Origin: Mycobacterium sp.
GTDB lineage: Bacteria; Actinomycetota; Actinomycetes; Mycobacteriales; Mycobacteriaceae
Assembly (NCBI GenBank): GCA_049608025.1
Contig: JBMYXC010000013.1
Reading direction: 5' to 3' (one strand)
Length of the DNA stretch: 64,000 bases
Positions within the stretch are counted from its first letter, which is position 1. Each line of letters starts with the position of its first letter. The translations under genes and the position numbers were made by a program. Under the pieces are notes generated by a model. The model had not been told where the DNA came from. It did no database searches and was given only the letters and a program-made list of their open reading frames with translations. Positions 41,145 through 51,109 of this stretch are shown in pieces.

Positions 41145-44100
41145 TCAACCCGGGAAACGGACGGTGGTTCCCGGCATCAGTTGAACGACCTGACCGCGGC
41201 ACTCCACCTCGATACCGGCGGCATCACGTGGATCCACGCTGATGATCACGCCCTTCCCGCTGACCCGCAGGTGCAGGTGCAGCCCACGGTAGTGAATCGG
41301 TATCGCCAGCACGCCAAGCGATTCCGGCCAGTGCGGAGAGAGGATGAGGCGATCGGAACGGGTCTCCAGCCCGGTGAAGCACCGTTGCATGAGGTCGACG
41401 GTGCCCGCCATGGCCGCCAGGTGAACCCCTTCGGACGTGGTGCCGCCCTGAATATCGGAGACATCGGATTTCAGTGCATGCCGGAAGAACTCCAGGGCCC
41501 GCTCGCGGTTGGCCCTGGCCAGTACCCAGGTGTGCACGACGCCGCTGAGCGTGGACCCGTGCGAGGTGCGGGCCAGGTAGTAGTCCACCATCTCGGGCAC
41601 CTGCTCGCGCAGGAGGCGGTAACCGAGCCGGTCGAGTATCTCGCGCAGCTCATCTGCCGACAGCAGGTAGAGCAACATGAGCGCGTCGGCCTGCTTGGAG
41701 GCTTTGTATCGGTTCACGTCGTCGTTCTCGGCCTCCAGGATGCGGTCCAGCCGCTGGATGTTGCCGTACTGCCGGCGAAGGCGGTCCCAATCCAGTTCCG
41801 CCAGATCGCCGTAGCCCTCGAACTGGCTGATGACGCCATCGTGGAACGGGACGTACATCCGCCTGCTGACCTCTTCCCAGTGCGCGAGTTCCTTGTTGGG
41901 CAACCCGAGTGACTCCAGCAGGTCGAGGCGGTTGGGCAGCGGTAGCAGGTTGAGCGCTTCGATGGCGCGCATGATCACCCAGACCGCCATCACGTTGGTG
42001 TACGCATTGTTGTCGATGCCGTCGTAGGGGGCGTCGGGGTAGCCGGAGTGAAATTCGTCGGGCCCGATGACGCCGTTGATGACGAAGCGTGCCCGCTCTT
42101 CGTCGTAGCTGGACAGGCTGACGAAGAAGCGTGCCACCTCGGCGATCAACTCGGCGCCGTAGTCGATCAGGTAGGCGAGGTCGCCGGTGACCTGGTAGAA
42201 CTTCCAGGCGCTGTAGGCAACGGCGATACCGATGTGGTGTGCGCGTGCGCTGGCGTCGGGGTTCCACCGGCCGCTGCGCGGATTGAGGTGCAGCCGTTGG
42301 CTTTCCTCACGTCCGTCGCTGCCGGATTGCCAGGGGAACATCGCGCCCGAATGGCCGGCTGCGAGGGCGGCCTGCCGGGCCTCGGGCAGGCGCCGGTAAC
42401 GGTAGCCCAGCAGGGACCGGGTGACCATCGGCAACCTCAGGTTGAGCACCGGGAAGATGAACAATTCGTCCCAGAAGATGTGGCCGCGATAGGCCTCACC
42501 GTGCAACCCGCGGGCCGGCACCCCGGCGTCGAGGTCGGCGGTATTCGGCGACACCGTCTGCAGCAGGTGCAGCAGATGCAGGCGCAGGATCCTTACCTCG
42601 TCGGTGAAGTCGTCGAATTCGATGGACAATCGCTCCCACAGATGCGTCCAGTCGGTCACATGTCCGGCGAGCAGCTCGGCGAAACGGGGCAGCCGAGTGA
42701 CCAGGCGCTGAGCGTCGACACCGGGTTCGGAGATCGCCACGTCACGTCCGGTGTACACGGTGACGACCTTCTCGACCGTCACCTCCTCGCCGATCGACTG
42801 CCGCACCGCGATGTCGTGGCCGACCTCGGCATCCCGCTCGAATAGTTGAAAGGTCGCCGGGACAGGCACGCCGTCACGCCACACGGTGTTTCGCGCGGCC
42901 ATGGCGATGGGGATGCGCGACTGGTTGGTCTGCGCGGTCAGCAGGACCGCATCATCGGCGATCCTCCGCGTGTCTATTGATCCGAGGTGCTCGTTGGCCA
43001 GATCCCGGTAGCGCTCGACCAGCGAGTTCGTCACATTTCCGTCCAGGGTCGAACGAAACTCGATCGTCCCGGACCAGTCCTCGGCCAGCACCGTCGTCTC
43101 GAGCGCACCGACGTGGGGGAGGTGCATCGCCACGAACCGGCGTTGCGTCAGCGAGCTCGTCCGGCCGGCGTCATCGCGGAAGCGAACCTTGCGAGTCAGC
43201 ACCGCGCCGCGAAGATCGAGGGTCTGCCGGTAGGAAAGCACGGTGACTTCGTCGATGTCGAACCAGTCGCCGTCGTCGATACGGAAGGTCAACGCAAGCC
43301 AGTTGGGCAGATTCACCAAACTCTCGTTGTCGATCTCGGTGCCCGACACGTTGTCGACCAGCCGATTGAATACCCCGGCTGCGTAGGTGCCCGGATAGTG
43401 CACCTGCGAGGCCTTCGACTCGGGGGCGGCCCCACGGGTGGCGAAGTACCCGTTTCCCACCGTGCACAACGCCTCCCGGAGCTTCTCGTTCTGCGGTTCG
43501 TAGCCGTCGAAGACGTAGTCCCACGCCTCGCCTGAGGCCTGCTGCTTGTAAGCCAGCCACTGGGAACCGCGCTGGATGAACTCGCGCACCTGATCGGGGC
43601 TTTGCAGGGTGAAGTGGGCAGCCGTCCTGCGGTTGCCGTCCTCGTCGCTTCTGACCACGATCCCGATACCGTCGAATTGCACTGCGTCAAAGGCATCTTC
43701 GTCGGTGAGGTCATCGCCGATGTAGATCGGGAGCAGGGAACCCGACGGGTCGATGCGGTCACGGATCCAGGCCAGTGTGGTGCCCTTGTCCCAGTCGAGG
43801 TCGGGCCGCAGCTCGACGAGCTTTCGGCCGCTGGTGACGCGTAGACCCGCCCGTGCCCCCAGCTGGTGTGCCGCAGAAACGATTTCAGCGACGCGTTCGG
43901 GTGCGACCTCGCGATAGTGCACCGCGACGGCGAAGCGCTTGTGCTCGACGCGCAGTCCCGGAACCTGGGCCAGGCTCTGGCGCAGATCGGCGGCGGCCTG
44001 CTCGAGAATGGGGACGAATACCGCTGCCTCCTCGTTGCAGTGATAGGTGCCGTCCGGCTCGGTCAACTCGAAGCCGTGGCTGCCCGCGTACCACAGGCCT

Positions 44101-44822
44101 TCGATGGCGACCCGGTCGCTGATGTCAGCGAGGTCGCGGCCGCTGAGGATGGCCACCGGGCACACGGTGGAGACGAGTTCCAGGGCCTCGGCCGCGCCGT
44201 CGGCGAGCCTGGCCGCCCCGGGGTCCGAGACGATGGGGGACAGCGTTCCGTCGTAGTCCAGGAACAGCATCGACTCGCGAGCGCTGGTGATGCCGATGAG
44301 CTGACCGTAGGACTCCAGCGCGTTCGGGAGCTTCGAAATTCGCGTGTCCCCCGTTCGGACAGCAACGTCGGCCAGATCGTCGAGGACGACGTCGGCACCG
44401 TGGCGGACCAACTCGTCGGCGCTGCCGGTCCCGTCGATACCGACGACGAGGGCGAATCCGCCGTCGCGGCCTGCGGCCACACCGGCGGCGGAGTTCTCGA
44501 CGACGACACACCGCTGCGGTCGTACCCCGAGTTGGCCGGCAGCGTCCAGAAGCACTGCGGGATCGGGATTTTCGGCAGTTCCACGGCCGCCGGCGGTTCC
44601 GTCGATACAGACGCCGAACAGGTCATCGATCCCGGCGTCTTGCAGGGCCTGCCGGCACTGCGGGCTCGACGAGTAGGCGGCCGCGGCGACCCCGATGCTG
44701 CGCAACTTTCGGGCCAGGTCGACCGTCGCCCCGAAGAGCGGCACCTCGCTGGTCAGCGCACCGTCGAGGTCGAGCAGCACCGCGTCGTGGTAGCGCGGGT
44801 CAATGGTGACCGGGAGCCTCAT
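41145..44822 (-). CDS. otsB1: OtsB1-like three-domain protein: HAD (beta-PGM-like) + trehalose-6-phosphate phosphatase + GH65 phosphorylase
   Basis: LLDLDG, VVVENS.AGV.AG, FLDYDGTL.PIV, IGDD.TDEDAF, GNGY..TRG, Y.GHIFWDE, GPDEFH, KQAD, HGST.SG. Confidence 0.88.
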   Translation of the reverse strand: MRLPVTIDPRYHDAVLLDLDGALTSEVPLFGATVDLARKLRSIGVAAAAYSSSPQCRQALQDAGIDDLFGVCIDGTAGGRGTAENPDPAVLLDAAGQLGVRPQRCVVVENSAAGVAAGRDGGFALVVGIDGTGSADELVRHGADVVLDDLADVAVRTGDTRISKLPNALESYGQLIGITSARESMLFLDYDGTLSPIVSDPGAARLADGAAEALELVSTVCPVAILSGRDLADISDRVAIEGLWYAGSHGFELTEPDGTYHCNEEAAVFVPILEQAAADLRQSLAQVPGLRVEHKRFAVAVHYREVAPERVAEIVSAAHQLGARAGLRVTSGRKLVELRPDLDWDKGTTLAWIRDRIDPSGSLLPIYIGDDLTDEDAFDAVQFDGIGIVVRSDEDGNRRTAAHFTLQSPDQVREFIQRGSQWLAYKQQASGEAWDYVFDGYEPQNEKLREALCTVGNGYFATRGAAPESKASQVHYPGTYAAGVFNRLVDNVSGTEIDNESLVNLPNWLALTFRIDDGDWFDIDEVTVLSYRQTLDLRGAVLTRKVRFRDDAGRTSSLTQRRFVAMHLPHVGALETTVLAEDWSGTIEFRSTLDGNVTNSLVERYRDLANEHLGSIDTRRIADDAVLLTAQTNQSRIPIAMAARNTVWRDGVPVPATFQLFERDAEVGHDIAVRQSIGEEVTVEKVVTVYTGRDVAISEPGVDAQRLVTRLPRFAELLAGHVTDWTHLWERLSIEFDDFTDEVRILRLHLLHLLQTVSPNTADLDAGVPARGLHGEAYRGHIFWDELFIFPVLNLRLPMVTRSLLGYRYRRLPEARQAALAAGHSGAMFPWQSGSDGREESQRLHLNPRSGRWNPDASARAHHIGIAVAYSAWKFYQVTGDLAYLIDYGAELIAEVARFFVSLSSYDEERARFVINGVIGPDEFHSGYPDAPYDGIDNNAYTNVMAVWVIMRAIEALNLLPLPNRLDLLESLGLPNKELAHWEEVSRRMYVPFHDGVISQFEGYGDLAELDWDRLRRQYGNIQRLDRILEAENDDVNRYKASKQADALMLLYLLSADELREILDRLGYRLLREQVPEMVDYYLARTSHGSTLSGVVHTWVLARANRERALEFFRHALKSDVSDIQGGTTSEGVHLAAMAGTVDLMQRCFTGLETRSDRLILSPHWPESLGVLAIPIHYRGLHLHLRVSGKGVIISVDPRDAAGIEVECRGQVVQLMPGTTVRFPG

Positions 44823-47215
44823 CGGACCGATGGGGAGTGTTGTTCCAGCTCCAACACCTGGCGGGTGGTCTTCACCACGGTGTCGGGATTCAGGCTCATC
44901 GAGTCGATGCCGAGTTCGACCAGGAACTCGGCCATGTCCGGATAGTCAGACGGGGCTTGACCGCACAGCCCCGAGTGAATGCCGTTGCGGCGGCAGCCCT
45001 CAACGGCCAGCCGGATCATCTCCTTGACGCCCTCGTCGCGTTCGTCGTAGTCGAAGGCGACGACCTCACTGTCCCGATCGACCCCGAGGGTGAGCTGGGT
45101 GAGATCGTTGGAGCCGATGGAGAAGCCGTCGAAACGCTTCGCGAACTCATCGATGAGGACCACGTTGTTCGGGATCTCGCACATCGCGTACACCTTGAGG
45201 TCGTTCTCGCCGCGGCGCAGACCATGTTTGGCCATCTCCTCGAGGACCAGGTCCGCCTCGGCCACGCGGCGCACGAACGGGATCATCAGCACGACGTTCG
45301 TCAGGCCCATCTCATCGCGCACGCGCCTCATCGCCTGGCACTCCAACGCGAATCCCTCGGCATAGTCGGGATGTGCGTAGCGCGATGCACCTCGGAAGCC
45401 GATCATCGGGTTGCTCTCTTCTGGCTCGAAAGCTGTTCCGCCGACCAGGCTGGCGTATTCGTTCGTCTTGAAGTCCGACATCCGTACCACCACGGGCTTC
45501 GGCCAGAAGGCCGCCGCGATCGTGCCGACTCCCTCGGACAGGCGTTCCACGAAGAAGGCGCCGCCATCCGAGTAGGCATACGTCAGCTTGTCGATCATCC
45601 TTCGAGCCTCAGGGTCCTCGACCTTGTCGGGGTGTAGCAGGGCGAGCGGGTGGACCTTGATGTACTCGTTGATGATGAACTCCATCCGAGCCAGGCCCAC
45701 ACCGTCGTTGGGAAGAAACGATGTCTTGAAGGCGAGATCGGGGTTGCCGAGGTTGACCATGATCTCGGTTCGGGGCCGATCCATGTCGCCCACCTCGGTC
45801 CGATCGACGCGGAAGGGCACTTCGCCCTGGTAAACACGCCCGGTGTCGCCTTCGGCGCACGACACCGTCACCACCTGGCCATTGGGCACTTCCATCGTGG
45901 CGTCGCCTGTTCCCACCACCGCGGGGATGCCGAGTTCACGGGAGATGATCGCCGCGTGGCAGGTTCGGCCACCGCGGTTGGTGACGATCGCCGCCGCGGC
46001 CTTCATCACCGGCTCCCAGTCGGGTGTGGTGATGTCGGAGATGAGCACCTCACCAGGCTGGAAATCCGACAGATGCGCGAGGTTTTCGATGCGTCTCGCC
46101 GCGCCGGTGGCGATCTTCTGGCCGACAGATCGGCCCTCGGTGAGTACCTCGCCTCGTCCCTCGAGCACGTAACTCTCCAGCACGGTGCCGCCGCGCTGGG
46201 AGGCCACCGTCTCCGGGCGGGCCTGGACGATGTACAGCTTCCCGTCCATACCGTCTTTGGCCCATTCCATGTCCATCGGCCGCTGGTAGTGCGCCTCGAT
46301 GGTGCACGCGTAGCCGGCCAGTTCCACCACGTCCTCGTCGGTGATGCAGAATCGGGCGCGGTCGGCCTTCGGCGTGGGGATGTTGCGTACCGGGTCCTTC
46401 GTCCCACCTTCGACGAAGATCATCTTCACCGCCTTGTCGCCGATGAGACGGCGCAGCACGGCGCGATGGCCGGCCAGGTAGGTCGGCTTGTGGACGTAGA
46501 ACTCGTCGGGGTCGACGGCGCCCTGAACGACGTTCTCACCGAGGCCGTAGGCGCCGGTGATGAACACGACGTCGGGAAAGCCCGACTCGGTGTCGAGGGA
46601 GAACATCACGCCCGACGCGGCGAGGTCGGAGCGCACCATCTTCATCACGCCGATCGACAGCGCCACCTTGAAGTGGTCGAAGCCCTGGTCAATTCGGTAA
46701 TGGATGGCGCGATCGGTGAACAGGCTGGCGAAGCAACGACGGCAGGCATCGAGAAGACTCTCGGCCCCCTTGACGTTGAGATAGGTGTCCTGCTGACCGG
46801 CGAAGCTCGCCGTCGGCAGGTCTTCGGCGGTGGCCGAGCTTCGTACCGCGAGACTGACGTCCTCGCCGTACTCGTCCTGGAGCCTGCGGTAGCCGTCCAG
46901 GATCTGGGTGGCCAGGTCGTCGGGGAGCCCGGCGCCGTAGACGATCTCTCGGGCATGTTTGGCCTTGCGCGCCAGCGCGGTAACGTCGTCGGGGTCGAGG
47001 TCGTCGAGTTCGGCATGCAGCCGATCCCAGGCGCCCGCCCGGTCCAACATGTGGCGGTAGGCCTCGGCTGTGGTGGCGAACCCGTTGGGGATGCGGACCC
47101 CCTGGTCGGTCAGCTTCTGGTACATCTCGCCCAGCGAGGCGTTCTTGCCGCCGACCAGCGGCACGTCGTCTATGCCGACTTCCTCGAAGAAGCGAACATA
47201 CTCAGACGTAGCCAT
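44819..47215 (-). CDS. ppsA: Phosphoenolpyruvate synthase (pyruvate, water dikinase)
   Basis: VGGKNASLGEM, AVRSSATAEDL..ASFAGQQDT, QARPETV, GGRTCHAAII.RE (phospho-His), GFRGASRY, FSIGSNDLTQ, GLCGQ. Confidence 0.97.
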   Translation of the reverse strand: MATSEYVRFFEEVGIDDVPLVGGKNASLGEMYQKLTDQGVRIPNGFATTAEAYRHMLDRAGAWDRLHAELDDLDPDDVTALARKAKHAREIVYGAGLPDDLATQILDGYRRLQDEYGEDVSLAVRSSATAEDLPTASFAGQQDTYLNVKGAESLLDACRRCFASLFTDRAIHYRIDQGFDHFKVALSIGVMKMVRSDLAASGVMFSLDTESGFPDVVFITGAYGLGENVVQGAVDPDEFYVHKPTYLAGHRAVLRRLIGDKAVKMIFVEGGTKDPVRNIPTPKADRARFCITDEDVVELAGYACTIEAHYQRPMDMEWAKDGMDGKLYIVQARPETVASQRGGTVLESYVLEGRGEVLTEGRSVGQKIATGAARRIENLAHLSDFQPGEVLISDITTPDWEPVMKAAAAIVTNRGGRTCHAAIISRELGIPAVVGTGDATMEVPNGQVVTVSCAEGDTGRVYQGEVPFRVDRTEVGDMDRPRTEIMVNLGNPDLAFKTSFLPNDGVGLARMEFIINEYIKVHPLALLHPDKVEDPEARRMIDKLTYAYSDGGAFFVERLSEGVGTIAAAFWPKPVVVRMSDFKTNEYASLVGGTAFEPEESNPMIGFRGASRYAHPDYAEGFALECQAMRRVRDEMGLTNVVLMIPFVRRVAEADLVLEEMAKHGLRRGENDLKVYAMCEIPNNVVLIDEFAKRFDGFSIGSNDLTQLTLGVDRDSEVVAFDYDERDEGVKEMIRLAVEGCRRNGIHSGLCGQAPSDYPDMAEFLVELGIDSMSLNPDTVVKTTRQVLELEQHSPSVR

Positions 47216-47288
47216 ATCGTGTCCTTTCGTGGCGCAGCGCCGGTGCCGCGCACCACTTCAAACTCCCATGACGGCAGGTAGCGAGCCA

Positions 47289-47353
47289 GGGTCGAAGGTC
47301 ACTGGAATGGGACCCGCACGACGTTGTCCCCGTGGGTTGAGGACTTGCGACCC
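47289..47353. promoter_or_regulatory. DosR-box-like sites between the ppsA operon and the tgs genes
   Basis: GGG TC GAAG GT CAC (47289) and AGG AC TTGC GA CCC (47340). Confidence 0.6.
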
Positions 47354-47389
47354 TGCCGCGACTACCGGCCCATGGTGCAGAGTCGTTGC

Positions 47390-48805
47390 ATGGAGCAACT
47401 CAGCATGCTCGATGCGAGCTTCTTGCAGGCCGAAGATTCCGATCCGCACGTGAGCCTTGCGGTGGGTGCCGTTTCGATCATCGAGGGGCCGCCGCCGGAC
47501 TACGAGGATCTCGTCGCGGCGTTCACTGAACGCGCACAAAGCATTCCACGCTGCACGCAGGTGCTGCACACCCGGCCGCTCGACCTGGGCGCACCGGAAT
47601 GGGTGGACGATCGACACTTCGACATCGCGCACCATCTGCATCACGCGGCGGTGCCGCACCCAGGAGACGACGCCGAGCTTTACGCGATCATTGCCAGCAT
47701 CATGGAGCGGCGACTCGACCGCGACCGGCCGCTGTGGGAATGCTGGATCATCGAAGGGCTCGAGGGTGATCGTTGGGCGACGCTGATGAAGGTCCACCAC
47801 TGCGTCGCCGATGGCATCGCCACGGCTCAAATGCTGGCGAAGCTCAGCGACGACGGCGCCGGTGCGACATTTGCCGGTGACATTCGTGCTGCGAAGGAAT
47901 CGCCACCGTCGATCGTCGGCCTGTTGACGCCCAGGCTCAACCCGGTCAACTGGATCAACGATGTCTGGCGTGCGACGCGTGCGGCCACCAGTGCTGCGGA
48001 ACACGCCGTGGTGGGGGCCGCCGAGCTGACGGCCAGGGTGTTCAGCGCCGGCGAGGAGTCCTCGCTGAACGGACCCGTGACCCGGATGCGTCGCTACAGT
48101 GCCGCGATGGTCGACCTCTCTGCCATGAAGAAGGTCAGCGGGGACTTCGGGGTCACGCTCAACGACGTGGCGCTGGCCGCCATCACCAGCAGCTATCGGA
48201 CGATGTTGCTCAAGCGCGGCGAATCGCCCGGGCCGCACGCATTGCGTACGCTCATTCCGGTGTCGATGCGTTCGGCGGACAGTTTCGACGTCACCGACAA
48301 TCGGGTGTCGGCGATGCTGCCGTTGCTGCCGGTCGACGAACCCGACCCGGTCAAGCAGCTGGAGATTGTGCACCGCCGACTGAGGCGGGCCAAGGGCAGT
48401 GGTCAACGGGAGGGCGCAAGCGCAATGTTCGCCGCGGCCGGCAATATTCCCTTCGCTCTCTCGGCATGGACTATCCGTTTCCTGACCCGATTGCCGCAGA
48501 GGTCGGTGACGGCGCTGGCCACGAATGTGCCCGGTCCCCGCAGCGAGCAACGAATACTGGGCCGAAAGGTGTTGGAGGTCCTGCCGGTACCCCCGATCGC
48601 GCTTCATCTGCGCACCGGTATCGCGATGCTCAGCTATGCCGGCCGGTTCTCCTTCGGTATCACCGCGGACTACGACAGCGCGCCCGATGTCGATGCGCTC
48701 GCCCGCGGGATCGAAGATGGAGTGCGGTGTCTGGTGGATCTCGGTGCTTCCCGGGGTGCTACCTCCGGCGATGGATCCACCCGGGTGAATGCTGAGACCC
48801 GATGA
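47390..48805 (+). CDS. Wax ester/triacylglycerol synthase (WS/DGAT)
   Basis: LS.LDASFL.AE, LD..RPLWE.W.IEGL, catalytic HHCVADG, TLNDV.LAA, TNVPGP. Confidence 0.95.
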   Translation: MEQLSMLDASFLQAEDSDPHVSLAVGAVSIIEGPPPDYEDLVAAFTERAQSIPRCTQVLHTRPLDLGAPEWVDDRHFDIAHHLHHAAVPHPGDDAELYAIIASIMERRLDRDRPLWECWIIEGLEGDRWATLMKVHHCVADGIATAQMLAKLSDDGAGATFAGDIRAAKESPPSIVGLLTPRLNPVNWINDVWRATRAATSAAEHAVVGAAELTARVFSAGEESSLNGPVTRMRRYSAAMVDLSAMKKVSGDFGVTLNDVALAAITSSYRTMLLKRGESPGPHALRTLIPVSMRSADSFDVTDNRVSAMLPLLPVDEPDPVKQLEIVHRRLRRAKGSGQREGASAMFAAAGNIPFALSAWTIRFLTRLPQRSVTALATNVPGPRSEQRILGRKVLEVLPVPPIALHLRTGIAMLSYAGRFSFGITADYDSAPDVDALARGIEDGVRCLVDLGASRGATSGDGSTRVNAETR

Positions 48806-50175
48806 CGGAGTTCATGCGCAACAGCGATGCGTTCACCTGGGCCATGGAAAGCGATCCCGCGCTGCGTTCGACGGTGGTGACGGTGATCCTGCTGGACCGG
48901 TCGCCGGACTGGGGCGAGGTGCGTGATCGCTTCAATGTCATCTCGCGTGCGGTTCCGATGCTGCGGCAGCGGGTAGTGCCTTCTCCACCTCCCGCGCCGC
49001 CGCGGTGGGAAGACGCCCCGGACTTCGACCTCAACTTCCACATTCGCAGAGTGACCGCGCCCGCATCCGGCACCACCGATACCGTGCTGGAGATGGCGCG
49101 GGTCGCCGCCATGGAGGACTTCGACCGGGCCCGCCCACTCTGGGAGGCCACCCTGATCGACGGTCTGGAAAACCAGGGAGCAGCACTGCTGCTCAAGTTT
49201 CATCATGCTCTGACCGACGGCGTTGGTGGCATCCAGATCGCGATGATCCTCTTCGACCTCTCCGAGGTCCATGACCAGCACGGGCCGGTGGCGGCGCTTC
49301 CGGAAGTACCCCCGCCGCCCTGGCTTCGCGGTGTCCGTGAGACAGCGCAGTACGACGCCCGCTTGCTGAGCAACGCGCTGATGGGGAGCTTGAAGATGGC
49401 TCCAAAGCTGTTGTCCCAGAGCATCCTACGACCGGTCGACACCGCGTCCTCGGCTGTCGAGCTGGCAGCATCGGTCTACCGCACCATGCGCCCGGTGAAC
49501 CGGCCCGGTTCACCGCTGATGAACAAGCGCAGCTTGATCCGCCGACTCGGCGTGCTCGAGGTCCCGTTTGCTCAGCTCAAGGCCGCCGCCCACCATGGCG
49601 GCGGAGCGCTGAACGACGCCTTTGTGGCGGGGGTGGCCGGAGGGTTGCGCCGCTACCACGAAGAGCACGGCGTCACCGTCGGGGACCTCCACCTGACGAT
49701 GCCGATGAGCCTGCGCGAAGAAGGCGACGAATTGGGCGGGAACCGAATCACCATCATGCGGTTCGACGTGCCGGCCGGCATTGCCGATCCGCAGGAGCGG
49801 ATTCGCCAGATCCACGACATCACCGGCAAAGTACGTCACGAAAAGTCGTTGCCCTATACCCAGTGGATCGCCGGTGCCCTGAACATGATGCCGCGCTGGT
49901 ACATCGGCTCGATCCTGCGCAACGTCGACTTCCTGTGCAGTGACGTGCCGGGGATTCCGGTGCCGGTATTCCTCGGTGGCGCCAAGGTCCTGACGCAGTA
50001 CGCATTCGGCCCGACCATCGGCTCAGCCGTCAACGTCACGCTGTTGACCTATGTCGATTCGTGCACGCTGGGCATCGACGTGGACACTGCCGCGATACCG
50101 GACTGCGACGTGTTCTTTGACTGCCTCGCAGCCGGTTTCGACGAGGTGTTGGCGCTGGCCCCAACCGATGCCTGA
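48802..50175 (+). CDS. Second WS/DGAT-family acyltransferase
   Basis: D.F.W.ME.DP.LRST, D..RPLWEA.LIDGL, HHALTDGVGG, LNDAFVA; ATGA overlap with the first copy. Confidence 0.92.
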   Translation: MTEFMRNSDAFTWAMESDPALRSTVVTVILLDRSPDWGEVRDRFNVISRAVPMLRQRVVPSPPPAPPRWEDAPDFDLNFHIRRVTAPASGTTDTVLEMARVAAMEDFDRARPLWEATLIDGLENQGAALLLKFHHALTDGVGGIQIAMILFDLSEVHDQHGPVAALPEVPPPPWLRGVRETAQYDARLLSNALMGSLKMAPKLLSQSILRPVDTASSAVELAASVYRTMRPVNRPGSPLMNKRSLIRRLGVLEVPFAQLKAAAHHGGGALNDAFVAGVAGGLRRYHEEHGVTVGDLHLTMPMSLREEGDELGGNRITIMRFDVPAGIADPQERIRQIHDITGKVRHEKSLPYTQWIAGALNMMPRWYIGSILRNVDFLCSDVPGIPVPVFLGGAKVLTQYAFGPTIGSAVNVTLLTYVDSCTLGIDVDTAAIPDCDVFFDCLAAGFDEVLALAPTDA

Positions 50176-50192
50176 CCGGGTGGTGTGGGCCT

Positions 50193-50211
50193 GGCCGGAA
50201 CCCGTCCGGCC
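50193..50211. terminator. Short GC hairpin between convergent genes
   Basis: GGCCGGA-ACCCG-TCCGGCC, 7-bp stem; no U-tract. Confidence 0.35.
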
Positions 50212-50226
50212 CCGCCGACGATGAGC

Positions 50227-50958
50227 TTATTGCCCGCCCGAGCCGCGGCCGGCCGAGGATTCCGGGGGCCCCGATAGGTCGGTCAATGGTCCTCCGAGAA
50301 CCGCGTTGGCCGGATCCCGCAACGCGACGTCGGCGACCCGGCGCTTGATTCCCAGCAGTAGCCCGCGGGTCACCAGTGCGATGACCGGACCAGCAAGCTC
50401 GACACCGAGCACCTCCCCGGGGTGTCTGAGCCGGGTGCGGGTGCGGACCAGGAATCGGCAGCGGTCCTGCCAGCGAGGAAGGAGATGCAAGGACCACACG
50501 GTTTCCCAGGGAAATCCCGGTCGTGATCCGCGGAGCACGAGGGTGCTTCCTTCGACGACCTCCTCGACCTCCAGCGTCACCCCATGGCGCAGTCCCATCC
50601 AGCCCGTCGGCGCGAGTCGGACGGTATCGCCGGGCGCGAGGCGCTGCCACTCGGGATGAATCCGGTCGGAGTTGTCGGTGTCCCCACCGCCGTCCAGACC
50701 GACCAGCTTCGCCACGTTGGCGAAGCCGTACAGACCGGCGCGGTCCTGGCCGAGCTGTGCGATCCACGGCCACACTGCTGCCGGCGGGGCGTCAATCCAG
50801 ATGCCTTCGGTGGATTGGATTGTGGGGCGGCGCACCAGTTCGTCACCTGGAAGTTTCATGGCGCACTCTTCTTTGGTGGTGCCCCAATTGCGGTAGTACC
50901 GTCGCGCCGCATAAAGAAAGGCGCTCGCTCCCGCGGCCCGCGCCAAGTACTTTGTCAT
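50227..50958 (-). CDS. Conserved actinobacterial protein, SRPBCC-like
   Basis: WGTT.EE..M.LPGDELV, I.APPAAVWPWIAQLGQDRAGLY, IHPEWQ.LA.GD.VRL. Confidence 0.8.
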   Translation of the reverse strand: MTKYLARAAGASAFLYAARRYYRNWGTTKEECAMKLPGDELVRRPTIQSTEGIWIDAPPAAVWPWIAQLGQDRAGLYGFANVAKLVGLDGGGDTDNSDRIHPEWQRLAPGDTVRLAPTGWMGLRHGVTLEVEEVVEGSTLVLRGSRPGFPWETVWSLHLLPRWQDRCRFLVRTRTRLRHPGEVLGVELAGPVIALVTRGLLLGIKRRVADVALRDPANAVLGGPLTDLSGPPESSAGRGSGGQ

Positions 50959-50993
50959 GACCAGACTCTGCACCTGGACCGGCTGGCGGGCTA

Positions 50994-51041
50994 GGGCCGG
51001 TAGTCCCTACCAACTGCCCCTCAAGGTGTGACTTCTGTCCC
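50994..51041. promoter_or_regulatory. Two DosR boxes
   Basis: GGG CC GGTA GT CCC (50994) and GTG AC TTCT GT CCC (51028). Confidence 0.7.
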
Positions 51042-51109
51042 TGTCATCCTTGCGTCGGGCAAGTCCACGCTGGACTCGGGCGTGGCTGATTGAGGGGTGT
51101 CGGGTTGCA

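Noticed and set aside
45650-47281. Long antisense/shadow ORFs (also 3692-5005, 31936-33147, 40051-41184, 47258-48607 and many others)
   Set aside because: They lie opposite well-supported genes, have no motifs, and are expected from high-GC codon bias.
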